Shown: in pieces, positions 22,298 through 31,371 of the stretch | Layout: every line of letters starts with the position of its first letter | Position numbering within the stretch: position 1 is the first letter of the stretch | Virus record (IMG/VR): IMGVR_UViG_3300005825_000078 | Location: 1 to 46,273 of that record | Length of the DNA stretch: 46,273 nucleotides | Strand: one strand, 5' to 3' | Origin: a virus | Translations under genes and position numbers: made by a program | Notes under the pieces: model-generated | Told to the model about the DNA's origin: nothing | The model's input: only the letters and a program-made list of their open reading frames with translations | The model's database searches: none

Positions 22298-23882
22298 AGT
22301 TGGCTTTTCCGACATAAACCGCGACGTTTCGGCGCACGAGTTGCCGCCGGAAATGTTCAGTGCGGCGGAGAATGTGCGGTATAAAGACGGTGCGCTTGAG
22401 CGGTTTCTCGGGCATCGAGATATAACGTCGCCTAACGATCCTCCGTTTTGGCTTCTGCCCGTGCCGCACACGTCGGAGTACTACTGGTTGTATGCGTGTG
22501 AAGATACGGTGTACGAGTGGCACGCGTCGACGCATACAGAGCTAACGCCAGCGGGCGGGTTGAATACGGCATTGTATAATTACTGGACCGGAGGACTGTT
22601 GAACGGGATTCCAGTGATAAATAATACAGTAGATATTCCGCAAATGTGGACGCCCGTTTCACCGGCGCAGTTGTTGCAGGATTTAACAGCTTGGCCTTCC
22701 GGATGGTTGTGTAAGTCGCTAAGACCGTTTAAAGCGTTTCTCGTTGCGATGAATCTGACGAAGTCGGGCGTGCGGTTTCCGCATTCACTTGCATGGTCGC
22801 ACCCGGCTGATCCGGGGAGTATTCCAGCGAGTTGGGATCAGAGTGACGCGACGTTGGACGCGGGAGAGAATACGCTTTCGGAGACGGGGGGAGAAATTGT
22901 CGACGGAAGGCAGCTACGCGATCAATTTATGGTGTACAAGTCCGATGCAGTATACGCGGGCTTTGCTGTGGGCGGGTCGAAAGTGCTGGACTTCCGCCGT
23001 ATTGGAAAAGAGGGCAGTGCGTTGACGAGAAACTGCATTGCGCCCTTTACGTTCAAGGGCGATAAGCATGCGGTGTTTGGAATTAACGATTGCTACATTG
23101 TCGACGGCGTGAATGTAACGCCTCTGTTGTCAGGTCGCGTGCGGGATTGGCTGTATAAGAACATCGACGCGGATAATTTGCTGAACAGTTTTGCCGCGAC
23201 GAATCCAGCGCGCGGAGAAGTGTGGTTCTGCTTCCCGGAGACGGGCGAAACGGTGCCGAGTAAAGCACTCGTGTGGAACTGGACGGAGAATAAGTTCGGT
23301 GTTCGCGATTTGCCCGCGGCCTCCCACGCTGCACCGGGTACGATTACTCCGCCAAACGTAGCAGATACCTGGGACGGGGACGATGACGCGTGGGATGGAG
23401 ACGAAACGGCTTGGGGCGAACAGTCGTACAACCCCGCGCAGGAAAAGTTGATGATTGCAACGCCGGGAATTGGCGGTGAGGGTGGCGGTGGAGCTCCTTC
23501 GTTGTTCGAGGCGGACGTGTTGAGCACATACGATGGAAATGAATATACCGCAACGATCGAGCGGACGGGCTTGACGGTTGTGAGTAAGGATTACAAAGGA
23601 CAGTTGATTAGTGATATTAATGCACGAAAGCAGGTGAATGAAGTTTGGCCTTCGTTCGAAGGTGAAGCGGGAACGGTTGTGCAAGTTCAGATTGGAGCGC
23701 AGGAAGAGCGTAATGATCCAATCATGTGGACCGCGCCGATGACCTTTACAATCGGCGTTGATAAGAAGGTTAACCCTTTGGTGTCTGGACGCATTATCTC
23801 CATACGCTTTAGCTCTGCCGGCACGCGGTTTTGGAAGTTGCTCGGATACGAGTTGGAGATCAAGCGGCTTGGGATGTACTAG
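22278..23882 (+). CDS. Tail tubular B / nozzle-like structural protein (534 aa)
   Basis: ORF 22272..23882, using the ATG at 22278. The N-terminal pattern loosely resembles the T7 gp12 family. It is a large, beta-rich protein in the tail module. Confidence 0.5.
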   Translation: MRLPIGKVGFSDINRDVSAHELPPEMFSAAENVRYKDGALERFLGHRDITSPNDPPFWLLPVPHTSEYYWLYACEDTVYEWHASTHTELTPAGGLNTALYNYWTGGLLNGIPVINNTVDIPQMWTPVSPAQLLQDLTAWPSGWLCKSLRPFKAFLVAMNLTKSGVRFPHSLAWSHPADPGSIPASWDQSDATLDAGENTLSETGGEIVDGRQLRDQFMVYKSDAVYAGFAVGGSKVLDFRRIGKEGSALTRNCIAPFTFKGDKHAVFGINDCYIVDGVNVTPLLSGRVRDWLYKNIDADNLLNSFAATNPARGEVWFCFPETGETVPSKALVWNWTENKFGVRDLPAASHAAPGTITPPNVADTWDGDDDAWDGDETAWGEQSYNPAQEKLMIATPGIGGEGGGGAPSLFEADVLSTYDGNEYTATIERTGLTVVSKDYKGQLISDINARKQVNEVWPSFEGEAGTVVQVQIGAQEERNDPIMWTAPMTFTIGVDKKVNPLVSGRIISIRFSSAGTRFWKLLGYELEIKRLGMY

Positions 23883-23898
23883 CAGATAAGGAGAAGTC

Positions 23899-24327
23899 AT
23901 GAGCAAAGGCAATACGTTCGAAAACGATCTGCTGAAGCTGATCTTCAATGCGACGGCAATCGCGAATATCGCAGACGATGCAGCTTCGGCGCCGTTGACG
24001 AATTTGTATGTTAGTTTTCACACAGGCGATCCTGGTGAGACAGGGGATCAGACGACGAGTGAGTGTGCGTATACTAGTTACGCTCGTGTAGCAGTTGCAC
24101 GAACAACTGGTGGCTGGACCGTTACGGCGAACAGCGTCAGTCCCGTGGCGAATGTCGACGGCGTGGAGGCGACGGGTGGGAGTGAAACGATCACGCACTT
24201 CGCGGTCGGCACGGCTGTGAGTGGTACGGGGAAGTTGCTGTACAGCGGCACGATCACGCCGAACATTGCCGTATCGTCAGGCGTAACGCCAAGGCTGACG
24301 ACGGCGAGTACGGTAACGGAAGACTAA
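23899..24327 (+). CDS. Hypothetical virion protein (142 aa)
   Basis: ORF track. AAGGAG RBS. Confidence 0.7.
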   Translation: MSKGNTFENDLLKLIFNATAIANIADDAASAPLTNLYVSFHTGDPGETGDQTTSECAYTSYARVAVARTTGGWTVTANSVSPVANVDGVEATGGSETITHFAVGTAVSGTGKLLYSGTITPNIAVSSGVTPRLTTASTVTED

Positions 24328-24345
24328 CATGCGGACGCCACGTCA

Positions 24346-24633
24346 ATGGTTCGCGGATGCTCTGGGCGAGATCTGGTGGCGTCTCGGCCGCTTTTTGCGA
24401 AGGATACGAAAGTGAAAAACTCAGGACTAAGGGTGTCGGTCGAGGTGCTGCGTGAGGATGGGACACTGGCGCAGCAAATCGTGTTTGATCAACGGGGATT
24501 GACGTATGTGCAGTTGCTGGAACTTCAGCAGAAGGCGATCACGCCCTGTGCGGAGGCGCTGATGGCGATTATGGCCACGTGGGGAAAAGAAGCAGCGAAA
24601 AAGGTCGAGCAGGTGGATACACCTACGGCGTAA
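24346..24633 (+). CDS. Hypothetical protein (start uncertain)
   Basis: ORF track. An alternative arrangement is a 28-aa ORF at 24329..24415 coupled by GTGA to a GTG start at 24412. Confidence 0.4.
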   Translation: MVRGCSGRDLVASRPLFAKDTKVKNSGLRVSVEVLREDGTLAQQIVFDQRGLTYVQLLELQQKAITPCAEALMAIMATWGKEAAKKVEQVDTPTA

Positions 24634-24664
24634 TTTTTCCTAACGGAAGAGAGGTAGTTGTCTG

Positions 24665-24916
24665 ATGGCAACAGTGAACCTGAAACTCGAAGGCGTTTGC
24701 GCCGGCGGCGGACATGGAAGAATCCGCGTCACGCTGAACGGCGTTGATCGGGGAGCGTACTCCGTCGAGATCGACGCCGTGCTTAGTCAACCGCCCGAGG
24801 AAGGCGACGCGGAAACCTTCCTCAAGATGCTGCTCAAGATCGCACTCACCGATCGAACGCCGCAGCAGGTACGCACTGGGCTATTGAACGTCAACGGCTA
24901 CACGGTTACGGTATAA
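24665..24916 (+). CDS. Hypothetical protein (83 aa)
   Basis: ORF track. GAGAGG RBS. Confidence 0.65.
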   Translation: MATVNLKLEGVCAGGGHGRIRVTLNGVDRGAYSVEIDAVLSQPPEEGDAETFLKMLLKIALTDRTPQQVRTGLLNVNGYTVTV

Positions 24917-24928
24917 GCGAGACTTGAA

Positions 24929-26086
24929 ATGGGATTCCGATATGTCACAGGCGCCGGTTGGACCTACCCCGACATTGCTCCGTTTAACTATAACTATGGC
25001 GCGGGGTCCGCGGGTTACAACCTCGGACAGGGTACGCTCGACGCGACTGGCGAGGCGTACCACTTCACAGGATCGTTATTTGTTCCTGACGATCAAGATT
25101 CCACGTCGTCGCACACAATCTCGGCCGCTGGCAGTGGAAAAATCACAACGTATTTTGTGACCGTCACGCTGGCCGATGGGTCGTCCGAGTTGCGCTTAGG
25201 TTTGCAAGACGCTGACATGGCTCACTCGGACGGATACGCGCACGGGGATGGAACCTTTGACGTTTACAAATCCTACACGAGCGCGGCGCCGCCAGCGACG
25301 GGCTTTGTCACTCACACGATGTCGTCTGGGAGCAAAACGCTCGCGCATGGGGATATTTTCTCGTTTGTCGTAGAGATGACGGCACGAGGCGGGAGCGACG
25401 TTATCCGACCGATCCAGTATGCGTTGTTGCAATCGTCATCAACGAACAGGTTTCCTTGCGGCACGCAATATTTGTCGTCGGCTTGGGGTAATTACAACTT
25501 CTTCACGGATATGGTCATCGAGTTCGATGACGGTTATTTGGGTTGCATGTACGGGATGCCTCCCATCGGTGGGACTTCGGAAGCGACGTTAACCGCATCG
25601 TCTACGCCGGACGAAATCGGGCTGATTTTTCAAGCGCCGATGCGTGTACTAGTCAATGCGATTTGGTGCGTCGCGCAGCAAACTTCCGACGCGACCTCGG
25701 ATTACGAGTTGATTCTGTACGCCGATCCACTCGGTACACCGACGGCGCTTGCGACTATTTCCGTCCCGGCAGAGCTGTCGCCCTACACGATCACCACGAG
25801 CGCACCAAAAATATTCGCCATTGACCCTGTTGTCCTAGAACCGAATACAGACTACTGCGTAGCGGTGAAGGCAACCGGAACAGGCAACGTCCGCAATACG
25901 GGGCAGGGCGTGAATGACGCAAATTGGAGGCGTTTCCTTTCCGGCGGAACCACGCTGCGAAGGGGGGAGCGTTCCGACGGCTCGGGCGCGTTTGGTAGCC
26001 TATCGACGACGGCGTTCCCTCTGTGCGGTGTAGCGATCAGCGCGGTAGACGTAGCACCAATGTCTGGTTTTCATCTGGGAGTCTGA
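24929..26086 (+). CDS. Hypothetical beta-rich structural protein (385 aa)
   Basis: ORF track. It lies in the tail and fibre module. Confidence 0.7.
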   Translation: MGFRYVTGAGWTYPDIAPFNYNYGAGSAGYNLGQGTLDATGEAYHFTGSLFVPDDQDSTSSHTISAAGSGKITTYFVTVTLADGSSELRLGLQDADMAHSDGYAHGDGTFDVYKSYTSAAPPATGFVTHTMSSGSKTLAHGDIFSFVVEMTARGGSDVIRPIQYALLQSSSTNRFPCGTQYLSSAWGNYNFFTDMVIEFDDGYLGCMYGMPPIGGTSEATLTASSTPDEIGLIFQAPMRVLVNAIWCVAQQTSDATSDYELILYADPLGTPTALATISVPAELSPYTITTSAPKIFAIDPVVLEPNTDYCVAVKATGTGNVRNTGQGVNDANWRRFLSGGTTLRRGERSDGSGAFGSLSTTAFPLCGVAISAVDVAPMSGFHLGV

Positions 26087-26089
26087 ATA

Positions 26090-26404
26090 ATGGCAGCACC
26101 CTACAATCCGCCGGTCAAGAACGAAGACTTCGTGACCTACGTTGCGCTTGATGACATGAACGCTCCGGGCCGCACGAAGGCCGACCCGACTCTTGCAGCC
26201 GGCGATGTGCAGATCAAGAAGGACACGGGAGCCTACGCGAACATCGGCACGCTTCCAGCGGTCGACACCGCAGGCGATGACGTGGTGAGGGTCGCGCTTA
26301 CGGCAACGGAGATGAATGCTGACAACGTGGTGATCCGCTTCAAGGATCAGACGGACCCTCCCGAGTGGGCGGATAAAGTCATCAGTATCCCGACGACGGC
26401 GTAA
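26090..26404 (+). CDS. Hypothetical protein (104 aa)
   Basis: ORF track. It is tightly packed against both neighbours. Confidence 0.7.
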   Translation: MAAPYNPPVKNEDFVTYVALDDMNAPGRTKADPTLAAGDVQIKKDTGAYANIGTLPAVDTAGDDVVRVALTATEMNADNVVIRFKDQTDPPEWADKVISIPTTA

Positions 26405-28278
26405 TGTCGACTTGGCGTCTATTTTTCGGAAATCCTTCTGCGGCAGCAGGAGGCGTTGAGAGCGGTGTCGGTAGTGCGACAGGCACGGGGGCTGCTACTG
26501 GCGTTGGAATAGCAACAGCAGCTGGTGTAGCAGTTTCAAGTGGTGTTGCAACGGTTAGTGCCGTTGGACGCTCCACCGTTGCAGGTGTTGGTTCTGCTGC
26601 TGGCGTTGCAACGGTTGCGGGTGTAGGCTCTAGCGGAGCGGTTGAGGAAGGAGTTGGTAGCGCAGCGGGTACCGGTACAGCTAGTGGCGTTGGCATTAGC
26701 ACGTTTGCAGCCGCGGGCAATAGTACGGGCGTTGGGGCGGCAAGCGGCGTTGGAATTAGCACTGCTGAAGCGGTTGGCGCGGCCGCGGGCACGGGAGCAG
26801 CCTCTGGAGTAGGCGTAGCGGTTAGCGCTGCCGCTACACAGTTCCTAGCGCAGTATAACGATGTCGACGGTGAAACTGAATTCGTCGACGATATAGCTGG
26901 CATTACCCACACTGAGCTCGGCTCAGTCGAGATTGACACAGCTCAGTCGAAATGGGGCGGGTCGTCGATGCTCGTGCCGGTAGGTACGGGTCTACAACAT
27001 CAAGACGCTATTTCCGGCTTTACCGCAGTTTCTACCGGCAGCTTCACGTTCGAAGGCTGGACTCGCATGACCAGTGATGCGATTTCGCATCCACGGTTGG
27101 GCGATGGTACGAATCCGTTGAACATCGGCATTGCGCCAATTCCGGCAACGGATCAGGTTGCGATTCTGGCAGTTGACACTGGCGGATCGACGTTTATCAA
27201 TACGACGATTAGTAGCGTCACGGTTGATAACGACACGTGGTACTACTGGGCGATTGTGCGTGACGTTTCGGGTGGAGATTACCACTTCTATTTCAACGGC
27301 ACGCGTATTTACACCGTTTCCGATTCGACAGATATTCGCTCATCGACTGAAGCGCATTTGCTGGGCGACACTACGGGTACTGCTGGTCGGACTGTTTGGT
27401 TTGATAGTACGCGGCTGGTAAATTCGGCGCTCTACACGGGCGCGACGTTAACGATTCCGACCGCAGAATTCGTGCCGGAAGGAACGTATGCAACGGTCGG
27501 CACGTCAGCGGGTACGGGTGCTGCAAGTGGTGTAGGTGCTAAGATTGCGGCAGGCGTTGGTGCGGCTGCAGGCGTTGGTGCTGCGAGTGCGACGAGTGAA
27601 GAGATACACAACGGTGTAGGCTCTGCCGCTGGCGTTGGTACTGTAAGTGGCGTTGGATCGTACATCGCAACGATCGAAGGAGTTGGCTCAGCAGCTGGTG
27701 TTGGAGCGGCCGATGGTGTAGGTTTTGCCGCAGGGATAGGACAAGGTGTTGGTAGTTCTGACGGTGTAGGGGCTGCTAGTGGCGTAGGTGCAAGTGTTAG
27801 CACCCAGAGCGGTGTGGGCGCGAGCGCAGGCGTGGGAGCTGCAACGGGTATTGGCATTGCGACAGGTGCTGGCGTTGGTGCTAGTGCTGGTGTTGGAGCA
27901 GCTAGTGCTGTAGGCGCACTCGGAGGTACGGTATCGGCCGTTGGAAGTGCTACAGGCGTAGGTACGGCTACTGGTTATGGCATAGGCGTTGTTACAACGG
28001 CTGTCGTACAGCGTGCACGCAGATTCGAAATTGAACCGCCGCCCACACCGTACACTGACGAAGGTCGGGATATTCTATACTGGGCGTTTAATCAGATGAC
28101 TTTGATTACACAACAGGTCAATGCGTTTGAAGAGGCTCAGGTTGGGGAATATCACTCCGAGCCCGACAAGCCGAGAAGTGGACGAATTGTACTTGCTGAC
28201 GGCACGAACTGGGACCCCGGTAGCGGGGCGGGATACTACGGTTATATAGAGGGTACAGGATGGACATTCCTCGGTTAA
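26404..28278 (+). CDS. Fibre/adhesin-like protein: two Gly/Ala/Val/Ser hexad-repeat blocks flanking a LamG/ConA-like domain (624 aa)
   Basis: G-x-G-x-A-x hexads span aa ~15-145 and ~365-530. The central segment FTFEGWTRM...WYYWAIVRD...YHFYFNGTRIY is LamG-like. The C-terminus reads RSGRIVLADGTNWDPGSGAGYYGY. Confidence 0.7.
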   Translation: MSTWRLFFGNPSAAAGGVESGVGSATGTGAATGVGIATAAGVAVSSGVATVSAVGRSTVAGVGSAAGVATVAGVGSSGAVEEGVGSAAGTGTASGVGISTFAAAGNSTGVGAASGVGISTAEAVGAAAGTGAASGVGVAVSAAATQFLAQYNDVDGETEFVDDIAGITHTELGSVEIDTAQSKWGGSSMLVPVGTGLQHQDAISGFTAVSTGSFTFEGWTRMTSDAISHPRLGDGTNPLNIGIAPIPATDQVAILAVDTGGSTFINTTISSVTVDNDTWYYWAIVRDVSGGDYHFYFNGTRIYTVSDSTDIRSSTEAHLLGDTTGTAGRTVWFDSTRLVNSALYTGATLTIPTAEFVPEGTYATVGTSAGTGAASGVGAKIAAGVGAAAGVGAASATSEEIHNGVGSAAGVGTVSGVGSYIATIEGVGSAAGVGAADGVGFAAGIGQGVGSSDGVGAASGVGASVSTQSGVGASAGVGAATGIGIATGAGVGASAGVGAASAVGALGGTVSAVGSATGVGTATGYGIGVVTTAVVQRARRFEIEPPPTPYTDEGRDILYWAFNQMTLITQQVNAFEEAQVGEYHSEPDKPRSGRIVLADGTNWDPGSGAGYYGYIEGTGWTFLG

Positions 28279-28709
28279 CGGTTGAAGGCAACACAGCTCG
28301 ACTCGCACCCGCAGAGGTGTCGTATTCCTGGCATCTCGTAGCGCCTATGATCGACGCGGCGTTGGAACGGGGGCATGGGGAGTTCGATCTTGAGCATTTG
28401 CGGACTTTCGTACTGCAGGGAAACATGCAGCTGTGGGTCGGGTACGAAGAGTCGAAGATTTTTGCGGTGTGTTTAACGGAGTGTGCGACGTATCCGAACT
28501 ATAAGGTGCTTCGGGTCGTTGTACTGGCAGGAAGGGACATGAAAGAGTGGACGCATCTTGAGCCTCTACTTGAGGGATATGCACGTGCTACCGACTGCGC
28601 GTTTATCGAGGGCTGGACTCGGCCGGGGATGGCAAAGGTAGTGGAGCCGCTTGGTTACAAGCCGCACTACACGATCATCCGTAAGCCTGTGACGCAAGGA
28701 CTACACTAA
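28260..28709 (+). CDS. Hypothetical protein (149 aa; GNAT-like fold suspected)
   Basis: ORF track. GAGGG RBS. The only functional hint is the segment RPGMAKVVEPLGYK. Confidence 0.6.
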   Translation: MDIPRLTVEGNTARLAPAEVSYSWHLVAPMIDAALERGHGEFDLEHLRTFVLQGNMQLWVGYEESKIFAVCLTECATYPNYKVLRVVVLAGRDMKEWTHLEPLLEGYARATDCAFIEGWTRPGMAKVVEPLGYKPHYTIIRKPVTQGLH

Positions 28710-29572
28710 TGGGCAGCAGCGGCGGGGGTGGAACGACCACTCAGGTACAAAAGGCGGATCCGTGGTCAGGGCAGCAGCCCTATCTACAGGACATTTTCTC
28801 GCAGGCGCAGCAGAAGTATTACGGTGGACAGCCGCAGTATTATCCGGGAACCACGGTGGCGCCGCAAACTGAAGCAACCACGGCTGCGCAGGGGTATTTA
28901 ACGGGTACGGCTGCGCCAACGTTGCAAGGGCTCGGACAGACGGCAGCAAATACGAGTAATTTCCTCGCCACGGGCGCGCCGTATGTGAGTCAGAATCCGT
29001 ATTTGCAAGATGCCATCGGCGCGGGGATACGACCGATTGTGCGGAACTTTCAGGAGTCGATTTTACCGTCGATTCGGGCGGACTTTGGGCAGGGAGAGAA
29101 CTACGGGAGCTCGCGTAGAGCTTTGGCCACAGGCGTCGCCGCGGGCAGGACGAGTGAAGCGGTGGGAGACGTCGCAAGCCAGATGGCGTCGAGAGGGTAC
29201 GAGACGGGACTAGATGCGCAGGTGAAGAGTTTAGCGCTTCAGCCGCAGGTGGCGGGAGCGGTGAATGCACCGGCTGTGGCGCTTGATGCAGCAGGGCAGC
29301 AGCAACAGGCGCAGATGCAGGATGAGATTAACGCGATGATCGAGAAGTGGAATTATGAACAAACCGCTCCTTGGGCTTCGTTGACGCAGTATCAGAATCT
29401 CGTGCAGGGGAATTATGGAGGGACGACGACGAGTACGAGCCCCACGCCTACGAGGAACCGCACGACGAGTGCTCTTGGTGGGGCGCTTTCGGGCGCAGCG
29501 GCGGGTTCGGCGTTTGGTCTTCCGGGAGCGGTCATTGGCGGTCTTGCAGGACTTGTACTAGGAGGGCTGTAA
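28709..29572 (+). CDS. Internal virion protein candidate with a Gly-rich hydrophobic C-terminus (287 aa)
   Basis: TAATG coupling with the upstream gene. It is Q/G/T-rich, with a C-terminal GGALSGAAAGSAFGLPGAVIGGLAGLVLGGL. It lies before the giant ejection-type protein. Confidence 0.6.
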   Translation: MGSSGGGGTTTQVQKADPWSGQQPYLQDIFSQAQQKYYGGQPQYYPGTTVAPQTEATTAAQGYLTGTAAPTLQGLGQTAANTSNFLATGAPYVSQNPYLQDAIGAGIRPIVRNFQESILPSIRADFGQGENYGSSRRALATGVAAGRTSEAVGDVASQMASRGYETGLDAQVKSLALQPQVAGAVNAPAVALDAAGQQQQAQMQDEINAMIEKWNYEQTAPWASLTQYQNLVQGNYGGTTTSTSPTPTRNRTTSALGGALSGAAAGSAFGLPGAVIGGLAGLVLGGL

Positions 29573-29573
29573 C

Positions 29574-30155
29574 ATGCCGAATGCACAGGAAATTATGGCG
29601 AAATTGGAAAGTTTCTTCACGGAAGACCCGAAAGAACTGCGGAAGAAGCATCCGACGGTGGATCCGTTCGAACTGCTAAAGCAGATTCAGTCGCAAGGAT
29701 TGGGTGCGGGATTGGCCACAGGCGGTCAGGGCGCCCAGTTGCCGGGGCAGACGCTTGGTGGAGGCGGACCGCAAATACCGGGCGCGATGCCGCAGGGTGG
29801 GCAAGGGTTTGTGCTTCCGCAAGACGACCCCTTTCAGCCTCGCAATCTGGATACTATGAATCTCGCAGACTATGCAGGAGCGAGTCAGCCGGGGTTTAAC
29901 GTAGGGACAGCGCCAGGTGTTGGTCAAGGACTAGGCGCAGGACCGAACTGGGCGGCGATGCTCAGTGCAGCCTCTGGCCTGTTGAAGCCTCCCCCAGAAC
30001 AGCAACCGTTCACACCCCCCGGTCCGATTCCGGGTGGGGCGCGTCCGGGAGGTGGGGTTAAAGCGCCGTATGTAATGCCACGGCCTCCCCTGCCGCAAGT
30101 GGATATTCAATCGCTGTTGCAACTCCTAAGGAGTGGAAATGCCAACCTTGGATGA
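29574..30155 (+). CDS. Gly/Pro/Gln-rich internal virion protein candidate (193 aa)
   Basis: ORF track. Low-complexity composition. Confidence 0.6.
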   Translation: MPNAQEIMAKLESFFTEDPKELRKKHPTVDPFELLKQIQSQGLGAGLATGGQGAQLPGQTLGGGGPQIPGAMPQGGQGFVLPQDDPFQPRNLDTMNLADYAGASQPGFNVGTAPGVGQGLGAGPNWAAMLSAASGLLKPPPEQQPFTPPGPIPGGARPGGGVKAPYVMPRPPLPQVDIQSLLQLLRSGNANLG

Positions 30156-31371
30156 AGATCCCTTTACACAACTTCCCGCAGGTTTCAACGCAGGGGAGCC
30201 GACTGATCCGACGGAGATTAAGCGGCGTGAAGACGGCTGGGCGCAGTTGCAGGCGACGCTGTCCGAGCCAAACATGCGCTTGTCCTTAATGCGGATGGGG
30301 TTGCAGATGATGCAGCCTGTGCCGGTTGGACAGACGGGAGTAGGCCACACGGCACAGGCCGCGCTGAGTAGTATGGACTATTTGCAGTATCTCAAGCAAC
30401 AAGAGTTGCAGAATAAACAACGCCAGCAGCAAATCGATTCGACGGTGGACGTGCAGGGCGCGCGGGCGGAACGGGAGAGGGCGGAAACGCGAGATCTGCT
30501 TCCGGCGCAGGTGGCGGAGCAGAAATCGTCTACGAAACGGCGCGAGGCGCTACTGCCTGTCGAGTTGGATACGAAAGCGAAGGAACTTGCCTTGCTCGAC
30601 CTTCAGATCAAAGATGCGCCGAATGAGTCAGAGCGGAAACGCTTGATGCTCAGGCGTGAGGCTGTCGGTCTGGAGTTGGACGAGAAGTATGGTGGTGCGG
30701 ACAAGCAGGCCAGCATCGGACTGAAACAAGCACAAGCGGGGTACTACGGTGCTCTTTCGCGCGCGCAGAAGGGGCTGGAGAAGGAGCGTGAGGCGAAGGC
30801 GTTGAAGGCGTCTAAGATTAAGTGGAAGACGCAGTCGATTGACCGGGACGAGGAGAATCCCTACCGCTTCGTTGTGGTCGATTTCAGCGACGACGGGGAG
30901 AAGCGTATTACGACTGTAGACAACGGAATGCCAGCTGCGGAAGCTCGGGCGCGGGCACGTCAGGAGATTAAGGCGTATTCTAAGGAGCAAATACAAGCGC
31001 GCTTCCCGGGAATGACGGCACAAAAAGCAGAGACAGTTCTGATGAACAAGTTCATGCAAGGCGCGCATGATGTTGTGTTCTTCAACGCACAAGGAGTGCC
31101 GCGTACTGCAGAAGAGTCCACAGGGAAACCTCCGTCGCAAGGACTCGACGCGCCGAAGCTAGACGCACGTCCTCTACCTGCCGCTATGCAAACTTGGGCG
31201 GATGGTGACGGCGTGCCGGATAAGGACGGGCGCTGGTGGGTGAAACGCGGGAATCAACTCGTGCCTGCTACGGGTGATGATATGAAACGCATTGCTGCGC
31301 AGAAAGGTAAGCCGACGAACTACGCGGCAGGAGCAATTACTCCCGCGCCGGTACTGTCAGGAGCACAGTAA
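30139..31371 (+). CDS. Coiled-coil internal virion protein candidate (410 aa)
   Basis: ORF 30133..31371. The ATG at 30139 has AAGGAG 5 nt upstream. Confidence 0.65.
   Translation: MPTLDEDPFTQLPAGFNAGEPTDPTEIKRREDGWAQLQATLSEPNMRLSLMRMGLQMMQPVPVGQTGVGHTAQAALSSMDYLQYLKQQELQNKQRQQQIDSTVDVQGARAERERAETRDLLPAQVAEQKSSTKRREALLPVELDTKAKELALLDLQIKDAPNESERKRLMLRREAVGLELDEKYGGADKQASIGLKQAQAGYYGALSRAQKGLEKEREAKALKASKIKWKTQSIDRDEENPYRFVVVDFSDDGEKRITTVDNGMPAAEARARARQEIKAYSKEQIQARFPGMTAQKAETVLMNKFMQGAHDVVFFNAQGVPRTAEESTGKPPSQGLDAPKLDARPLPAAMQTWADGDGVPDKDGRWWVKRGNQLVPATGDDMKRIAAQKGKPTNYAAGAITPAPVLSGAQ

Noticed and set aside
26382-26939. Minus-strand ORFs with PTP(A/L)AA repeats (26382..26939 and 27432..27857).
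   Set aside because: They are the reverse-complement reading of the GGN/GCN-rich hexad repeats of the fibre gene. No start context or coupling supports them.
26440-27990. Possible CRISPR array or DGR variable/template repeat pair in the two repeat blocks.
   Set aside because: The repeats are short (18-nt period), degenerate and in frame within one long ORF, with no unique spacers of regular length. I saw no reverse transcriptase or cas gene anywhere in the genome.
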